Shown here: piece by piece, positions 20,001-28,894 of the stretch
Layout of the letters: every line of letters begins with the position of its first letter
Numbering within the stretch: position 1 is the first letter of the stretch
NCBI GenBank assembly: GCA_965214605.1
Contig: OZ243961.1
Location: 2,080,001-2,144,000 of the forward strand
Direction: 5' to 3'
DNA from: an uncultured Candidatus Binatia bacterium
GTDB lineage: Bacteria; Desulfobacterota; Binatia; Bin18
Length of the DNA stretch: 64,000 nt
Notes under the pieces: generated by a model
Told to the model about the DNA's origin: nothing
Databases searched by the model: none
What the model saw: the letters and a program-made list of their open reading frames with translations, nothing else
Made by a program: the position numbers and the translations under genes

Positions 20001-21150
20001 TCGTGATCTTGAGAGGAAAGGTGATGCCTGCATGCAGGGTTTCCTGATGGCGGTGAGCGACGAAGAGCGGGGTGCGGTGCTCTTAACCTGTGCCGAGGAT
20101 CTCGACACTGATCGGCTCGTGCGGTTGCTCCGGAGTGCTCCGTTTAAACAGGATACGTGGCGTTTGCTCGACCGATACGACACAACAATTCAGGATCGCT
20201 ATTGGCGGGAAGTCCTACCACAATGGAACCGCTACAGTGAAGCGGAATTGATCGAGATCATTGATCGCCTGCTTGAAGCACGGCGCCCCCGCGCCGCTTT
20301 CCATGCCGTCCATTTAGACTGGAGCAGGGTCGAGACCTCACGACTGAAACGGCTCCTTCTCGCCGTTGCCACCGTGGATGCCGAGCCGGCGGATTGGTAT
20401 AGACTGGACGCTTACCGCCTTTCGGAGGCGCTGGATTCGCTCACCGGCCGCTCTGGCGTCAGCCCGGACGAGATGGCGCGGCTTGAGTTCCTGTTCCTAA
20501 CAGCCCTTGAGGACAGCGACCATGGTATCCCCAATCTGGAACAGCAGATTGCCGAGTCTCCGACCCTCTTCGTTCAAGCGCTGGCTTTTGCGTTCAAACG
20601 TGAGGACGACGGGCAGGACCCGCCCGAATGGCGGATCGAAACCCCCGAGCGCCGGACCGAACTGACCTTCGCAGCCGATAGCCTTCTTCGTCGGATCAGA
20701 CGTATCCCGGGTACTGGGCAGGACGGCAAGGTCAATGCTGAAGCGCTGCTGAACTGGATAACAGAGGTGCGGCAGCTCTGCGCTGAACACGGCCGTGTCG
20801 AGGTCGGTGATGAGATGATCGGTGAACTGCTGTCCAAGACTCCTGTCGAAGAAGGCGGCGGCTGGCCGTGCCTTCCGGTCTGCGAGGCGATGGAAAAGAT
20901 TGGTTCCCAGCGGATTGGCGAAGGCTTCAACATCGGTGTTTTTAATGGGCGCGGTGTATATTCGCGCGGAAGGGACGAGGGGGGCGTCCAGGAACGCGAG
21001 CTCGCCACACAGTACCGGGGCTGGGCAAAGCTCCGCGCCTTCGACTTTCCCTATGTCAGCAGTGTCCTTGAAAGTATCGCAGCCAGCTATGACCGCGATG
21101 CGAAGAGGGAAGACACAGAAGAGAGAATCAGAAAGAGGCTGGGACATTGA
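17086..21150 (+). CDS. HigA-type HTH fused to a restriction-endonuclease-like domain, a central region and a long helical C-terminus; putative defence protein
   Basis: HPGIFIKE...SVTDAAKRLGVGRPALSNLLNG...MAVRLEKSFG (HigA); GWDG...PWIPEGKSGWEFGT...KAESDY (PD-(D/E)xK-like); intact 1354-aa ORF. Confidence 0.75.
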   Translation: MSKESENPAHPGIFIKEYVIPAGMSVTDAAKRLGVGRPALSNLLNGNSSLSPKMAVRLEKSFGTDRQNLLDRQAAFDLHQRRGKEKTVAAHAYVPAFLTIKARQIEEWAERNLDARHTLAVLLRKLVHSTGHDLRQVDFPGYDNAERQGWDGWIKAEAATPWIPEGKSGWEFGTNKNPKGKAESDYAARLTSISPSERAACTFVFVTPRKWLGKTDWARSKNAEGDWKAVRAFDASDLEQWLEEAIPAQMWLAEQLTMPVSGFETLDRSWRRWEEASEPKMTPTIFEPSISAYRKPFKDWLEKSSEKPFVVAADSTDEALAFLACLFQDFATRSEDLATVFKSAETLRSLADSSSPFIPIVYTEEAERELAVLYRRLHSIIVCPRNAVDSKPDIALDLLNHETFEKALAEMGIKDDEAERLARESGRSPTILRRRLSKIDAIRKPQWSGDAQVAKSLIPMTLIGAWHVPSKADCEVISCLAAGRPYQDTEECIARLLQFDDCPIWSVGEYRGVASKIDALFAIHKDVTGDNLKDFFFLAEYVLSESDPALDLPEDQRWAAGLYGKVRDYSTALREGICETLVILSVHGNNLFQERLGIDVEVRVSSLIRGLLTPLTLDKLLSHDRDLPHYAEAAPDVFLRLLEEDLRQPQPVVLGLLKPVESSLFMSLPRTGLLWGLECLAWQHLGRVSLILAKLSETGINDNWANKPVSSLHATYWARLPQTAASLEERMQALEMLTKRFPDIGWRICIDQFKVIPGVGHYSYRPRWRSDASGAGRSMPPQKERYDFIRNALNLALAWPEHDQKTLGDLVERLPVTEEGRPSVWDLIDTWAASETDENAKASLRERIRHISFTRRGRRLEDTTKARARMAYEKLQPRDLSVRHAWLFAQHRIEPSADELQDENFDYSKHEERIGKLRGAAMKEIWAKHGFKGVAALLSRSDAPDTAGYALGMSMTGAKAQADFLRQCLSSARDLERKGDACMQGFLMAVSDEERGAVLLTCAEDLDTDRLVRLLRSAPFKQDTWRLLDRYDTTIQDRYWREVLPQWNRYSEAELIEIIDRLLEARRPRAAFHAVHLDWSRVETSRLKRLLLAVATVDAEPADWYRLDAYRLSEALDSLTGRSGVSPDEMARLEFLFLTALEDSDHGIPNLEQQIAESPTLFVQALAFAFKREDDGQDPPEWRIETPERRTELTFAADSLLRRIRRIPGTGQDGKVNAEALLNWITEVRQLCAEHGRVEVGDEMIGELLSKTPVEEGGGWPCLPVCEAMEKIGSQRIGEGFNIGVFNGRGVYSRGRDEGGVQERELATQYRGWAKLRAFDFPYVSSVLESIAASYDRDAKREDTEERIRKRLGH

Positions 21151-21488
21151 ACAACACCGAAGGAGAGGCGTGTAAAATGTAATCTCGTTTAGAGTTTGGG
21201 GTAGCTTCTTGTCAGCCCACCGATTCCCGCTGGCCAGCGGCGAGATTGAGCGCGGGATGATATGGGTCGTGGCACACATGGCGTGCGGAAAGGGCGGTCA
21301 GTGAGCCAGCCGCTGTCAGTGGCCGGGAGGAGTACGTCGATGAGTGAAATAGAGAAGGCGGAAGACATGGAACAACACACGGCTGCACGCTTTCCCCAGC
21401 CCTCGGAGAAAACGCAGCGGACGAAACGAGTCGTGCGAAACGGGGCAGAGCAACGCCAGATTGAGACAAGCTGGGGGAAAGGTGAGTC

Positions 21489-22280
21489 ATGCAAGCAAAA
21501 CATCGTAGCATGGAACAGGTAAACATCCCCACAGTTGGGGCTCACGATGATAAGAGTCTCAAACGCTGCAAGACAACGCGAAAAGACGCGGTTAAAATAT
21601 TGCCGGCGACCGATGTTCTGGATACCCTCTCACATGCTCCGAAGACTGTGAAAGCCGTTATCCTTGATCCATGGTATAACAGGGGTGTCGGTGGGCAGAG
21701 AGAAGACTACAACGAATGGCTCACGACAGTTATTCAGGCAGCGTGCCGGGTTGCCGGGCATGTTTTTGTATGGGGATTTCCTGAGATACTGGCCTATCAG
21801 ATTGCCTCTATCCCCACCCATTGCAAGCTTGTGGCGTGGCTGACGTGGTATTATAAGAATTGTCCCTCCGTCATCCGTGGGTGGCGCTCCGCCCAAAACG
21901 CGTGTCTCCATATTGCGACAGATGAGGCACCGACCTATCCCGAGCATTTTTTGAGTCTAGCTCAGTTCCAGAAATGGAAAGAGGGGAAGATGCGTTTCAT
22001 CCCAGGTCCGCCCTCTGTCCTTGAGGCTCCCTTAAACATAGGATTTGTCGGAAAAGACGAGCAAACCGAACATCCAGCGCAGAAACCGCTCTCGGTCATA
22101 GAGCCACTGATTTTGATGTCTACACAAGAGAACGATGTCGTGCTTGATCCTATGTGCGGTTCAGGAACAACAGGAGAAGCTTGTCTCCGATTGAATAGGC
22201 GGGCGGTCTTGTGTGACCATGATCTCAAATGGGTGGCGCTTACACGGAACCGTATAAAAGAGTGCCATCATCCCGCGTAG
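21489..22280 (+). CDS. Orphan beta-class N6/N4 DNA methyltransferase
   Basis: ILDPWY (motif IV variant) precedes HPAQKP and VVLDPMCGSGTT (motif I); start uncertain. Confidence 0.85.
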   Translation: MQAKHRSMEQVNIPTVGAHDDKSLKRCKTTRKDAVKILPATDVLDTLSHAPKTVKAVILDPWYNRGVGGQREDYNEWLTTVIQAACRVAGHVFVWGFPEILAYQIASIPTHCKLVAWLTWYYKNCPSVIRGWRSAQNACLHIATDEAPTYPEHFLSLAQFQKWKEGKMRFIPGPPSVLEAPLNIGFVGKDEQTEHPAQKPLSVIEPLILMSTQENDVVLDPMCGSGTTGEACLRLNRRAVLCDHDLKWVALTRNRIKECHHPA

Positions 22281-22318
22281 TGTGGTGGTAATGTCATGGA
22301 AACCCGAAACGCCGTCAT

Positions 22319-22546
22319 CTAGTGAGATTTGCAGGCTTCCTGCCAGTTGCCGACAGAAGGGCGAAGGGTCGGTCCACCATCTGTCTCCTCAACCGACCAC
22401 TCAGTTGGACCGAGCGGCGTCCTGATCTTTGAGCCGCAGCCACAGGCGCACAGGTGTGCTACGGCGCCGAATTGTTCCGAAACGTAGAGTACGCCAGGTT
22501 CCAGGTCCTTCGGCATGTAGTGGACCCGCTGCAATCTAATCTTCAC
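22319..22546 (-). pseudogene. DUF6527-like Cys/His protein, C-terminally truncated
   Basis: LEPGVLYVS...HLCACGCG..I.TPL...W...LRPSVGNW..CKSH then TAG. Confidence 0.6.
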
Positions 22547-23729
22547 TAAGCTCGAAGTCCCCTACAGTCTTAAGGTCGCTCACTTCCAAGAGGAGATGGC
22601 AGTAGGGAACCTCCTCAAAATAGAAGCCGCGGAGCGGCTTGAACCTGATAACTGCCAAGCATGTGTTGAGAGCGTTGAGTTCACTGATTTGGATGTTCGT
22701 CCGATATTCATCGTCCGGGCTGTCCACCAGTGGGGCCAATTTTTTGTCCCGAATTACCTGTCCATGTTCGGCAGAATGATACGTCGTGCGCAACATGCCA
22801 TTGAGTGGACCTCTCTTGCGGTTTAAGTCCATGCCTGCATCAATGAACGGAATACCCTTTGAGATGAGCAAATCAAAGATGCCTGCTCGGGCCACACCTT
22901 TATCAACACAGACAAATGCAAAGGTCACACCGTCCAAATCGTTAAGGCATGAAGCATCGAGAAAAGTGCGACTCGTGGAAAGGCCCGTGCGGAAGTTCTC
23001 ATAGCGGCCGCGATAGACTTGCGCCTTAGGCTGGCCGAGTTCAGTTTTCTCTAGCCGGCCCGGGGAGCGAAAGGCGTTGCGGACGCAGAACAAATCTCGG
23101 TCGAATGCCCGGATTTCACGGACAGGGGTCTTTACAATGAAGTCTAGGACATATGCCCCTGTGCCGCCTAAGCCTGTCACAGCGATCACATCGTCTTTGA
23201 GCTTTGAAGCAAGATCAGTGATCTCTGCCCCACTCGTTAGTGTGTCGTGAAACTTGAAAACTGAATCAGACGGAATGTCCCCCACGAGGCGAAATGTGTA
23301 GGGGCTGACGCCATGCAATTCTGTCGCTGGCCCCGAGATTATCGCGACATAGCTTTCGATTTTATCGAAAAAATCCGAGAACTTTCCAGCGGGCTCTGGT
23401 TTGTTAGCAAATGAGCGCTCTCCGATTACGTCTTTACTAGCCTCACTCAGCGCAATCTGAGCAGGCCCGCCACCCAGATTTGGGATCGGCTTCCGATCCA
23501 ACCCGTGCGGCACAGACCCGGCGAAGAAGACTTGGGGGGCCGTCTGCCTGACGTGCTCCTGGTCTCTGAATTCAACCTTCGCAACGATTGCGCCGAACCG
23601 CAGCTGGTTTTCACTGTCCAGATACGGAATGTCCCGGACAACCAGGTGATTGCTGTCGAAGGCAACTGCGTAACCCCTTTTGACTCAACGCTGGAGGTCG
23701 TCGTTATGATTGACCAGTTTTTGTAACAC
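22536..23729 (-). pseudogene. DUF6791-like + ThiF/E1 adenylyltransferase with premature stop
   Basis: GTG at 23729, in-frame TGA at codon 15 (23685-23687), then VRDIPYLD..., GLGGTGAYVLD, NAFRSPG, FVCVD, NIQISELNALN. Confidence 0.75.
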
Positions 23730-23757
23730 TGAAGATCATCTCCTCTCTAATCTGTAT

Positions 23758-24027
23758 GGAGACGCCCGCCGCTCGACCCCCGGGATCCCCGGGTACAGAT
23801 GGCCAAGGCGCTCTACCAGGCCCGGACGCATGAGGTGCGGGATATTTGCCAAACCCTCCATATCGCCCGCTCGACGCTCTATCACTATCTGGGGGATACA
23901 GGGTGAGAACGCTGCACGGCGGTTTAGCCTCCATATCGCCCGCTCGACGCTCTATCACTATCTGGCCCTCCCGGATGCAGAGCCTGCAGGGCCAGGAGGG
24001 AAGCGGAAGGATGGAGGACGGCGGTAG
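23758..24027 (+). pseudogene. Resolvase C-terminal HTH remnant, inverted relative to 7269-7874
   Basis: Reads [36 protein letters not shown], nearly the same as the intact resolvase C-terminus. Confidence 0.8.
23855..23965 (+). repeat. 38-bp perfect direct repeat with 35-bp spacer
   Basis: CCTCCATATCGCCCGCTCGACGCTCTATCACTATCTGG at 23855-23892 and 23928-23965. Confidence 0.85.
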
Positions 24028-24247
24028 AAAAGTTGCGTCCAGGGATGCTGCCGGGCCGTCGGTATCGGCCGGCTTCATCGTCCGGCTCTGCCCGGCGAGC
24101 ATGTTGGTGCTGGAAACAAAGGACTAGCACAACGGATCAGACCAAACGCCGACTTCTGGGACTTCTGGATGAATAGGTCCAGGCGGTCACTGTTCACCTC
24201 GGCTTTGGTCGCTGGTCCTGGGACGTGTCTGCAGCCCTTTGCGACAT

Positions 24248-25651
24248 CTAAGGTTTGTCATTCTTCATCACGGCAAAGACGAGCCTTGCTGCCGCTGGGA
24301 CGGCCAGCCCATACTTCTCAATTTTGCGATACAAACGCTGCCGATCAATACCTAACAGACGGGCTGCCTCATTCTTATTGCCCTGACTCCTTCCCAACGC
24401 CGCGTCGATAAGGCTCTTTTCCATCTCTTCCAGAGTGGGAAGCCGGGCCTCAGTCTGAAGCATAGTTGGCGCACCACTTCGGCTGGCGATCGGCTCCGGC
24501 AAGTCGCTCAGGCCAATCTCATGCCCCGGACACAGCGCAAACAAACGCTCAATCACATTTTGCAACTCACGGATGTTGCCCGGCCACGCATAGGCTTGCA
24601 GCTTGGCCAGAGCCTCGGGAGCGAGCGCTTTTGGCTCGACCTTGTAAGCCGCGCTAAAAGCCGCAATAAAGTGGTCGATTAAGAGCGGGATATCATCCCT
24701 CCGCTGGCGCAGCGGTGGCAGATGGATCGGAATCACGTTCAGCCGATAGAACAAGTCTTCTCGGAACGCGCCTTTTTCCACCTCTTGGGAAAGATTGCGG
24801 TTACTGGCAGCAATAATCCGCACATCAACGGTGACCGGTTTGTTGGCGCCGAGCGGGGAGACTTCGCGTTCTTGGATAGCGCGCAAAAACTTGACCTGGA
24901 GAGCAAGGGGAATCTCGGTGACCTCATCCAGGAATAAGGTTCCACCGTGGGCGGCCTGGAAAACTCCGTTGTGATCGGCAATCGCTCCGGTAAAAGCGCC
25001 CCGTCGGTGTCCAAAGAGCTGGCTGTCAAGCAAGGTCTCTGACATAGCTCCACAATTCAGGGCCACAAACGGACGGGCAGCCAAAGGCCCCTTTTGGTGA
25101 ATTGTGCGCGCCACCAGCTCCTTACCGGTGCCGCTCTCACCGGTAACAACGACCGTACTTTTGTTGGTACTGACCGCCTGAATGATCGCATAGATCTCCC
25201 GCATTGCCGGACTCTTGCCGATCAGTTCGCCAAACTTCTTATACGCCCAGACCTCACGCCGCAGTTGACGGACCTCTTGCTGTAAGCGTTTGGTTTCGAG
25301 CAGTTTCTCAACCTTGATGAGCAGCGCATCCGGACTGCACGGTTTAGTCAAATAATCCGTCGCCCCGCACTGCATGGCCTCGACGGCACTCTCAATGGTC
25401 CCGTACCCGGTGAGGACGATAACGGCACAGCCCCGCTCCTCGATATTCATACGGTGCAGCAACTGCATACCGCCCATGACCGGCATTTTTAGATCGGTGA
25501 TGACGATGTCAAACGGAGCGGCATCAAGCTGACGGAGCGCCTCTTTGCCATTGCCTGCCGTGCTGACGACATAACCCCGGCGTTGAAGGATCTTGGCCTG
25601 CGTTTTGGCCATATTGACTTCGTCTTCGACCAACAGAACTCGAGCAGGCAT
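24248..25651 (-). CDS. Sigma54-dependent response regulator (NtrC family)
   Basis: Receiver (LLVEDE, TDLKMP), GESGTGKE, GAFTGA, WPGNIREL, Fis-type HTH. Confidence 0.95.
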   Translation of the reverse strand: MPARVLLVEDEVNMAKTQAKILQRRGYVVSTAGNGKEALRQLDAAPFDIVITDLKMPVMGGMQLLHRMNIEERGCAVIVLTGYGTIESAVEAMQCGATDYLTKPCSPDALLIKVEKLLETKRLQQEVRQLRREVWAYKKFGELIGKSPAMREIYAIIQAVSTNKSTVVVTGESGTGKELVARTIHQKGPLAARPFVALNCGAMSETLLDSQLFGHRRGAFTGAIADHNGVFQAAHGGTLFLDEVTEIPLALQVKFLRAIQEREVSPLGANKPVTVDVRIIAASNRNLSQEVEKGAFREDLFYRLNVIPIHLPPLRQRRDDIPLLIDHFIAAFSAAYKVEPKALAPEALAKLQAYAWPGNIRELQNVIERLFALCPGHEIGLSDLPEPIASRSGAPTMLQTEARLPTLEEMEKSLIDAALGRSQGNKNEAARLLGIDRQRLYRKIEKYGLAVPAAARLVFAVMKNDKP

Positions 25652-25691
25652 GGCGGTCTTTGCCCCTCTGCTCCCCGCCTCTGATAGTATG

Positions 25692-26990
25692 TCACACGGA
25701 CGGGGGCCGATTTTGGTTGGTGGAGTTATTGGAATGGCTTGACGCGGGAGAATCTTCATCACATGGACACGGCAGATCGATCAGAAAGGTGGTGCCCCGA
25801 TCCGGCTCACTCTGGACGGTGATATTCCCCCGATAGCGTTTGATCACCGAATGTACGACAGACAAGCCTAGCCCCGTACCCTGGCCTGGATCCTTGGTGG
25901 TGAAAAACGGGTTGAAGATGTTGCTGAGGTGCTCCTGAGCAATGCCACCGCCGGTGTCACCAAATTCGATCCGCACTTGCAGTGGGTCGTGTCGCTGGGT
26001 GCGGACCCGCAGTTCTCCGCCCTGCGGCATGGCCTGAACGGCGTTGGTAACCAGATTCAAAAACACCTGCCGCAGAGCGTTTTGATTCGCTAAACAGGTC
26101 CCAACCTCACCCCACGAGGTGGAGGCTTTGACGTTATGATTTTCCAGGTATTTATGCATGAGCTGGAGCGTCTTGCGTAACAGCTCATTGAGATTGACCG
26201 GCTCCAGCTCGGTACCGCTGTCGCGCGAAAACTCCAGCAGGTTGGTAATGATTTCCTGGGCACGGGCGATCTCTTCCTTGGCAATCTGGAGGTCTTCAGC
26301 GATTTCGGGATTATCCGTATTGGCAATCTGGCTCAGATCATAGATCGTGTTCAGAATAATGCCCAGCGGATTGCGAATCTCGTGTGCAATGCCGGCCGCC
26401 AGTTGGCCGATCGCTGCCATCTTTTCCGACTGGATAAGCTGGCTCTCCAGCCGTTTATGCGTTTCCTGCTCGTTGCGCAGCGCTTCCTCGTGCGCCTCGA
26501 CAAAAAAATCGGTAATGTGCAAAATCCGCTCGGAGAATTCTTGGTCCAACAGGCCCACCAGCTCGGCCAGGCGTTGGCGGTCCTCGGCATAGGCCACCTG
26601 GAGTCGGTCAACCAGAAACAAGCGAAGCTTCATCTGGCAGGATAAAAACCGTGATGCTGGCGAGTGCGAGATAAACCCGTGACGAGCGTGCTGCTGGAGA
26701 TAGGCGTAGGTCTCGATATCGGACGGGTCTTCAATATGATTGGCCCAGCGCACCAGGGCGTCGTACATACTGCGCGAGATTTCCGGGATCAACGTGCTAG
26801 GCAGATGAAAGGCAGGCACAATGAGCGGCGTCCATTCTGAGATGACCTCTGCGGCCTGGGTGCGGATAAAGCTCGCCAACTCGGTCCGTAGCGGGCTAGG
26901 CTGACGCGGCCAGGGAGTCAGCACACAGCCGCGCATATAGTCTTCAATTCGCTGGAGATGGCCTTCGAGAGGCTGTTCAAAGATTGGCAC
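25692..26990 (-). CDS. Soluble sensor histidine kinase
   Basis: AHEIRNPL H-box, NLVTNA, DTGGG, FFTTK, GTGLGL; no TM segments; start uncertain (GTG 26990). Confidence 0.9.
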   Translation of the reverse strand: MPIFEQPLEGHLQRIEDYMRGCVLTPWPRQPSPLRTELASFIRTQAAEVISEWTPLIVPAFHLPSTLIPEISRSMYDALVRWANHIEDPSDIETYAYLQQHARHGFISHSPASRFLSCQMKLRLFLVDRLQVAYAEDRQRLAELVGLLDQEFSERILHITDFFVEAHEEALRNEQETHKRLESQLIQSEKMAAIGQLAAGIAHEIRNPLGIILNTIYDLSQIANTDNPEIAEDLQIAKEEIARAQEIITNLLEFSRDSGTELEPVNLNELLRKTLQLMHKYLENHNVKASTSWGEVGTCLANQNALRQVFLNLVTNAVQAMPQGGELRVRTQRHDPLQVRIEFGDTGGGIAQEHLSNIFNPFFTTKDPGQGTGLGLSVVHSVIKRYRGNITVQSEPDRGTTFLIDLPCPCDEDSPASSHSNNSTNQNRPPSV

Positions 26991-27147
26991 GGCGAACTCC
27001 CCTTTTTCCTCTCCCCTAGCGTCTCTAGGTGGGTGAAACAAGCCCCCGGCAGCTCTTCATTTTATGGTCTGTCCTCGCTATGCTAGACAGTCTTGGGTTA
27101 CAGACAAGACATGAACGAGCGTAACCTCGCGTGCGCATAGATGTTTG

Positions 27148-27750
27148 ATGAAGCAGAAAGAGCGTCGTCCTATCCGGGAGGACCCCGATGTGCAGCTCAT
27201 GCTGCGCTTTCAAGATGGAGACACAGAAGCGTTTAATGAACTCTTCCAGAGATATTCTCCAGCGGTCGTCAACTTTGTCGCCCAGTTCCTCGGCAATCGG
27301 GCTCGGGCTGAGGAAATCGCCCAGGACGTGCTGCTCAAAGTCTATGGTCAGCAGCGCCAGTATGAACCCACCGCCAAGTTTTCGACCTGGCTGTTTAAGA
27401 TTGCGCACAACCATTGTCTCAATGAAGTGCGCAAGCGAGAGTACACGGTTAGGCTGGAACCGGTCGAGCCGCAAGGAGAGGAGGGTGAGCCGAACCTGCC
27501 AAGCCCACAGGCAGGGCCAGACAAGGTCTTGGAGGGAGAAGAGGTAGCAGCTAAAATACGCGATATACTGCTCAATATCCCGGATAATCAACGCACGGCA
27601 ATTTTGCTCAGCCGTCAAGAAGGGATGTCGTATCAAGAGGTCGCAGCGGTGATTGGATGTACTGAGAAAGCCGTCAAAAGCCTAGTCTTTCGTGCCACCC
27701 AACGCCTCAGAGCAGGGCTTCAGGATATGGTAGACGGGGATGAAACCTAA
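27148..27750 (+). CDS. ECF sigma-70 factor
   Basis: AEEIAQDVLLKVY, FSTWLFKIAHN, GMSYQEVA...VKSLVFRA. Confidence 0.93.
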   Translation: MKQKERRPIREDPDVQLMLRFQDGDTEAFNELFQRYSPAVVNFVAQFLGNRARAEEIAQDVLLKVYGQQRQYEPTAKFSTWLFKIAHNHCLNEVRKREYTVRLEPVEPQGEEGEPNLPSPQAGPDKVLEGEEVAAKIRDILLNIPDNQRTAILLSRQEGMSYQEVAAVIGCTEKAVKSLVFRATQRLRAGLQDMVDGDET

Positions 27751-28495
27751 GTCAGAAACACAAATCATGCCTGACCTAGTCGCCTATCTTGACGGTGAAC
27801 TCTCAGAGCGGGACCACGGCCGCGTTGCCGCCACCGTAGGGAACTCCTCGCACCTGCAGAGGGAGGCCGTCCGTTTTGAGCGGGTTGGCTCTTTGGTCGC
27901 CGAGTTGGCTCGCGTCGCCCCGTCGTCAGATTTTGCCGATACCTTTTGGCGGCGTCTTGAGCGTGAAGGCCAGATTGAGCACGAGTCTCAGTTCGCCCGC
28001 TGGCACCGGAAATGGTCTGAAGGGCCCGCCTGGTTCATTGCCGGAGAAGGCTGGAAAGAATGGCTGAGCGGTGGGCCCTGGACGCCAAGCGTGGTTCCGG
28101 TTGCCAGCCTATGCCTTATTCTGGCGGCCCTGTTCTCAGGGATGTCCTCGCTCTCGCCGCCCGGTCAACGAACTCAGTCGGAACAGCTTCTCGTTCAAGA
28201 ACCGCCCCGGCGGCCGACTTGGTTAGAGCAGATTCCGCCTCAGGTGATGGAGAATGCGACCTTTTTCCGTGACTACTGGCTGGCTGCGCGTTTAAAGTGC
28301 TGGACGCATTTTGATGAAATCATGCGGACCCAGGTTCCGCGCCGCCCCAGCACCCTGACCCAGGAGCAGGTCCCTCCCACGCTTATTGAGAACCCCAACT
28401 TTTTTATGCATTATCAGATTCTCCGCCGGATGGATCAGTTTCAGTATTTTGAATCCGTCCAGAGTGTTTCGTTTGACCAGGCAGACCAAGGGTAA
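27740..28495 (+). CDS. Anti-sigma factor (single TM)
   Basis: LVAYLDGELS N-terminal motif, central TM, overlaps the sigma gene. Confidence 0.75.
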   Translation: MKPKSETQIMPDLVAYLDGELSERDHGRVAATVGNSSHLQREAVRFERVGSLVAELARVAPSSDFADTFWRRLEREGQIEHESQFARWHRKWSEGPAWFIAGEGWKEWLSGGPWTPSVVPVASLCLILAALFSGMSSLSPPGQRTQSEQLLVQEPPRRPTWLEQIPPQVMENATFFRDYWLAARLKCWTHFDEIMRTQVPRRPSTLTQEQVPPTLIENPNFFMHYQILRRMDQFQYFESVQSVSFDQADQG

Positions 28496-28522
28496 GGCTG
28501 ACAGCACGAGCGAGGAACAGGT

Positions 28523-28894
28523 ATGGCGGTTCGGTCCCAACAGATCATCCGAGGCATGGTTGCCGGCGTGCTACCATTCATGCTTGGACTAGCCTGTTTC
28601 CCAGGATGGGCAGCAGCAGACGACTCCTCTTTTGGTTTCAGCCTAGTTAACCGGAGCTGGGAAGAGATGTCTCTAGCCGAGCGGCAACGAGCCCTGAGAA
28701 ACTTCCGCCGCTTCCAGCGGCTCCCAGAAGGGCGCAAACAAGACTTACAAAATGCCTATGACACGTGGCAGCAGCTCCCCGCCGCAGAGCGTGAGCGCAT
28801 TCAACACAACTATCAGCGCTACCGGGAGATGAACTCATACGAGAAAGAAGAATTTCGCCTTAAGTATAAGCACTGGCAATCGCAGCAACGCTAG
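28523..28894 (+). CDS. DUF3106-like exported protein
   Basis: Signal peptide; repeated W/F-x-x-L-P/S-x-x-E-R units; typical third gene of ECF/anti-sigma operons. Confidence 0.7.
   Translation: MAVRSQQIIRGMVAGVLPFMLGLACFPGWAAADDSSFGFSLVNRSWEEMSLAERQRALRNFRRFQRLPEGRKQDLQNAYDTWQQLPAAERERIQHNYQRYREMNSYEKEEFRLKYKHWQSQQR

Larger units (their letters stand above)
1..24100. mobile_element. Degenerate plasmid/ICE-derived defence island (left end outside window, right end approximate)
   Basis: Clusters parA/rep relics, ardC, tyrosine and serine recombinases, many defence-type genes and about 10 pseudogenes; housekeeping-type genes begin at 24248. Confidence 0.75.

Noticed and set aside
9307-22321. 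Stop-codon (TAG) recoding suggested by in-frame TAGs in the DndB-like, MTase, HNH and DUF6527-like genes
   Set aside because: The TAGs appear to replace different residues (Q, W, K/Q, Y), other breaks are TAA, TGA or frameshifts, and many intact genes end in TAG; ordinary pseudogenisation fits better
23855-23965. Mini CRISPR array (38-bp repeat, 35-bp spacer)
   Set aside because: Only two repeats, the repeat encodes the resolvase HTH, and there are no cas genes
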